This document shows positions 61,041 through 64,000 of a stretch of DNA of 64,000 bases, piece after piece (the first letter of the stretch is position 1; every line of letters begins with the position of its first letter). The notes below the pieces were generated by a model. That model saw nothing but the letters and a program-made list of their open reading frames with translations. It did not search any database and was not told the origin of the DNA. The position numbers and the translations under genes are program-made. Source of the stretch: an uncultured Aliarcobacter sp. Lineage in GTDB: Bacteria > Campylobacterota > Campylobacteria > Campylobacterales > Arcobacteraceae. The stretch is from the NCBI GenBank assembly GCA_963677435.1, contig OY781945.1:864001-928000 (forward strand). The letters run 5' to 3'.

Positions 61041-64000
61041 ATGGGGTGCAATTTAGACTTACTAACTTCTTTTAAAGATAATTGCGGGTTTGGTTTAGTA
61101 GCTGATATGAAAAACCGACCAAGTCATAAAAATTTAGAAGATGCAATAACTTCACTTGAAAGAATGATGCACAGGGGTGCAGTGGCAGCTGATGGTAAAA
61201 CTGGAGATGGTTCAGGTTTATTATTATCAATGCCAGATTTTTTTATGAGAAAAATAGCTTTAGAAAAAGGTATTGATTTACCTGAAATTTATGCTGTTGC
61301 TATGATTTTTACAAGAGATTTAACTGATATAGATGTTTTCATAGAATTTTGTGAAATAAATGATTTAAAAGTTGTACTTACAAGAACGGTTCCTGTAGAC
61401 ACCGATGCTCTTGGAGAACAAGCATTAGAGAGTTTACCACAAATTATACAAGTATTTGTTGTTCCAAATACATTAATGTCATCAAAAAGATTTGATGCAA
61501 TGCTTTATTTAACAAGAAAAGAGTGCGAACACAAATTAATAGATAAAAAAGATTTTTATATTCCAACATTTTCGTCAAAAGTAATAGCCTATAAAGGGCT
61601 AATTATGCCTACTCACATTAAACATTTTTATATTGATTTAAGAGATGAGGATTTTAAAATTTCTTTTTCATTGTTTCATCAAAGATTTTCAACAAATACA
61701 CTTCCATTATGGAGATTAGCGCAACCTTTTAGAGCAATAGCTCACAATGGAGAAATTAACTCTGTTGAAGCAAATAGATTTAATGTAGAAGTAAAATCAG
61801 AACAATTAAAATCAGAAATTTTTTCTGAAGATGAAATGAAAAGATTATTACCAATCTTACAAAATGTAGGTTCAGATTCTACTTCATTAGATAATATGTT
61901 TGAGTTTTTATTAGCAAATGGTGTTGACTTTTTTAAAGCTGCACGGGCACTTGTTCCTGCACCTTGGCAAAATGCACCACATATGGATTCTAATTTAAGA
62001 GCATTTTATGAATATACAGCAACTGCAATGGAAGCTTGGGATGGACCAGCTGCTGTATCTTTAACAGATGGAAGACATATTGGATGTTTGATTGATAGAA
62101 ATGGATTAAGACCATCAAAATATGTTATTACAAAAGATGATAAATTATATATTACATCAGAATATGGAACTTTAAAAATCGAAGATGATAACATTTTAGA
62201 AAGAGGAAGATTACAATCAGGACAAATGATTGCACTTGATCTTAAACATGGAAAAATTCTAAAAGAAGATGATATTAATGACTATTTAAAATCATCACAA
62301 CACTATTCAAAATGGTTAAATGATGATATGGATTATATTCAAGAGTATATTGAAGATACTTTTTTAAATGTTAAAGATTATAAATTAGAAAATTTAGAGA
62401 AAAAACAAAAATTCTTTAATGTTACATATGAAGTATTAGATCAAGTAATTGAGCCAATGGCAAAAGATGGAAAAGAACCAGTTGGTTCTATGGGAGATGA
62501 TACTCCATTAGCATGTTTTTCAACTGTAAATAGAAATTTTACAGATTATTTTAGACAAAAATTTGCTCAAGTTACAAATCCACCAATTGATCCATATAGA
62601 GAAAAAGTTGTAATGTCTTTAGAAACTGGATTTGGAAAAGTACATAATATTCTAGATGAAAAACCAGAATATGCTAGAAGATTAAAAGTAACAAGTCCTA
62701 TTTTAATGAAAGAAAAATATGATGTTTTATTCTCTTTTGGTGATGAAAGATCTCCAAGATATGATAAATATTATAAAAATAGAATATTTACAACAACATT
62801 TAAAAAAGATTTAAAAGCCGCATTAGAAAGATTATCTTCTTATGTAATTAAAGCTGTAAAAAATGATGGTGTTTCTGTTGTAATTTTAGATGATAGAGCT
62901 GTAAATGAAAATGAAAAAGTAATTCCTGCTGCAATGGCTGTTGGTTATGTTAATCAACAACTATTAAAAAGTGGTGTTAGACATAATGTTTCAATTGTAT
63001 CAATTACGGGTGAAGTTTATGATCCTCATATGGCAGCTGTTTTAATTGCATTTGGAGTTACAGCAATTTATCCATATATGATGTATGCTTCAACAATAGC
63101 ACTTTTCCAAAGAGAAAAACCATCTAAATATGAGATGCAAAAGTATTTAAAAAATACTCAAAAATCAGTTAATGCTGGATTATTAAAAATCATGTCAAAA
63201 ATGGGAATTTGTACAATAGCTTCGTATAGAAACTCAGGTTTATTTGATATTATTGGTTTAAGTGATGAAATCAACAATGACTGTTTTACAGGTGCGCATA
63301 GTGATTTATGTGGATTAACATATGCAGATATTGAAGAAAAAATTAATAAATCTCATTTTAATGCATTTGTAGAAGAAAATACAGTTTTCCCACTTGATTT
63401 AGGTGGATTTTATAAATATAGCAATGGTGGTGAATATCATGATTATGGTCCAGCTACAACTAAAGCTATGCATAATAAAAAAGCAACAAAAAAAGAAGAT
63501 TTAACTGATTTTGATGGATTAAGAGATTTAGTAAATAATAGAGATAAAAAATTTATTAGAGATTTCTTTGAATTTAATTCAGATAAAACTGCTATTGATT
63601 TAAGTGAAGTTGAATCAAAAGAAGATATTTTCAAAAGATTTGCAAGTGCTGCTATGTCACTTGGATCTATTTCTCCTGAAGCTCATGAGGCAATGGCAAT
63701 TGCTATGAATACTATTGGTGGTATGTCAAACTCAGGTGAGGGTGGAGAAGATTCAAAAAGATTTGGAACAATAAAAAATTCTAAAATTAAACAAGTAGCA
63801 TCTGGAAGATTTGGTGTTACACCTGCTTATTTAAGAAGTGCTGAAGAGTTACAAATTAAAGTTGCACAAGGTGCAAAACCAGGTGAAGGTGGTCAATTAC
63901 CAGGACATAAAGTTACTCCTTTAATTGCAACACTTAGACATACAGTTGCTGGTGTTACATTGATTTCACCACCACCACACCATGATATTTATTCAATTGA
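61041..64000 (+). CDS. gltB: Glutamate synthase large subunit, 3' end runs off the window (alternative ATG at 61038)
   Basis: Manual translation: KDNCGFG (Ntn Cys), HRGAVAADGKTGDG, HQRFSTNT, HNGEIN, WDGPA, FAQVTNPPID and IKVAQGAKPGEGGQLPG motifs. Confidence 0.97.
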   Translation, partial: MGCNLDLLTSFKDNCGFGLVADMKNRPSHKNLEDAITSLERMMHRGAVAADGKTGDGSGLLLSMPDFFMRKIALEKGIDLPEIYAVAMIFTRDLTDIDVFIEFCEINDLKVVLTRTVPVDTDALGEQALESLPQIIQVFVVPNTLMSSKRFDAMLYLTRKECEHKLIDKKDFYIPTFSSKVIAYKGLIMPTHIKHFYIDLRDEDFKISFSLFHQRFSTNTLPLWRLAQPFRAIAHNGEINSVEANRFNVEVKSEQLKSEIFSEDEMKRLLPILQNVGSDSTSLDNMFEFLLANGVDFFKAARALVPAPWQNAPHMDSNLRAFYEYTATAMEAWDGPAAVSLTDGRHIGCLIDRNGLRPSKYVITKDDKLYITSEYGTLKIEDDNILERGRLQSGQMIALDLKHGKILKEDDINDYLKSSQHYSKWLNDDMDYIQEYIEDTFLNVKDYKLENLEKKQKFFNVTYEVLDQVIEPMAKDGKEPVGSMGDDTPLACFSTVNRNFTDYFRQKFAQVTNPPIDPYREKVVMSLETGFGKVHNILDEKPEYARRLKVTSPILMKEKYDVLFSFGDERSPRYDKYYKNRIFTTTFKKDLKAALERLSSYVIKAVKNDGVSVVILDDRAVNENEKVIPAAMAVGYVNQQLLKSGVRHNVSIVSITGEVYDPHMAAVLIAFGVTAIYPYMMYASTIALFQREKPSKYEMQKYLKNTQKSVNAGLLKIMSKMGICTIASYRNSGLFDIIGLSDEINNDCFTGAHSDLCGLTYADIEEKINKSHFNAFVEENTVFPLDLGGFYKYSNGGEYHDYGPATTKAMHNKKATKKEDLTDFDGLRDLVNNRDKKFIRDFFEFNSDKTAIDLSEVESKEDIFKRFASAAMSLGSISPEAHEAMAIAMNTIGGMSNSGEGGEDSKRFGTIKNSKIKQVASGRFGVTPAYLRSAEELQIKVAQGAKPGEGGQLPGHKVTPLIATLRHTVAGVTLISPPPHHDIYSI

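Overview
Chromosomal window from an AT-rich Campylobacterota bacterium. The 16S rRNA and gene content point to Arcobacter or a close relative in Arcobacteraceae. Most of it is core genome: an acyl-CoA synthetase and CitE-like lyase pair (cut by the left edge), bioD, a MoxR/Bat operon, clpS-clpA, a lipid-anchored cytochrome c, a complete rRNA operon (16S-Ile-Ala-23S-5S), tlyA-ribF-cmoA-bcp-pgbA-like-glcD-yihY, an orphan secretin, murA, kdsA-ribH-nusB-pyrF, a 10-tRNA cluster, sensor and chemotaxis genes, a TRAP transporter dctPQM and the 5' part of gltB. The most unusual locus lies just downstream of the rRNA operon. It is a translationally coupled two-gene operon encoding a 1661-aa pseudokinase-STAND ATPase-helical repeat-GAF-GGDEF protein and a secreted single-CxxCH protein I cannot assign to a family. 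It converges on an atypical, CCA-less tRNA-Thr(GGT). Smaller oddities are probable leaderless tlyA and cmoA mRNAs, a probable ATA start codon, cofactor-less SdhB-like and HNH-like proteins, and a histidine kinase with a collapsed sensor domain. No CRISPR array, integrase or IS element was seen. All calls are by-eye motif recognition, and rRNA ends are approximate.
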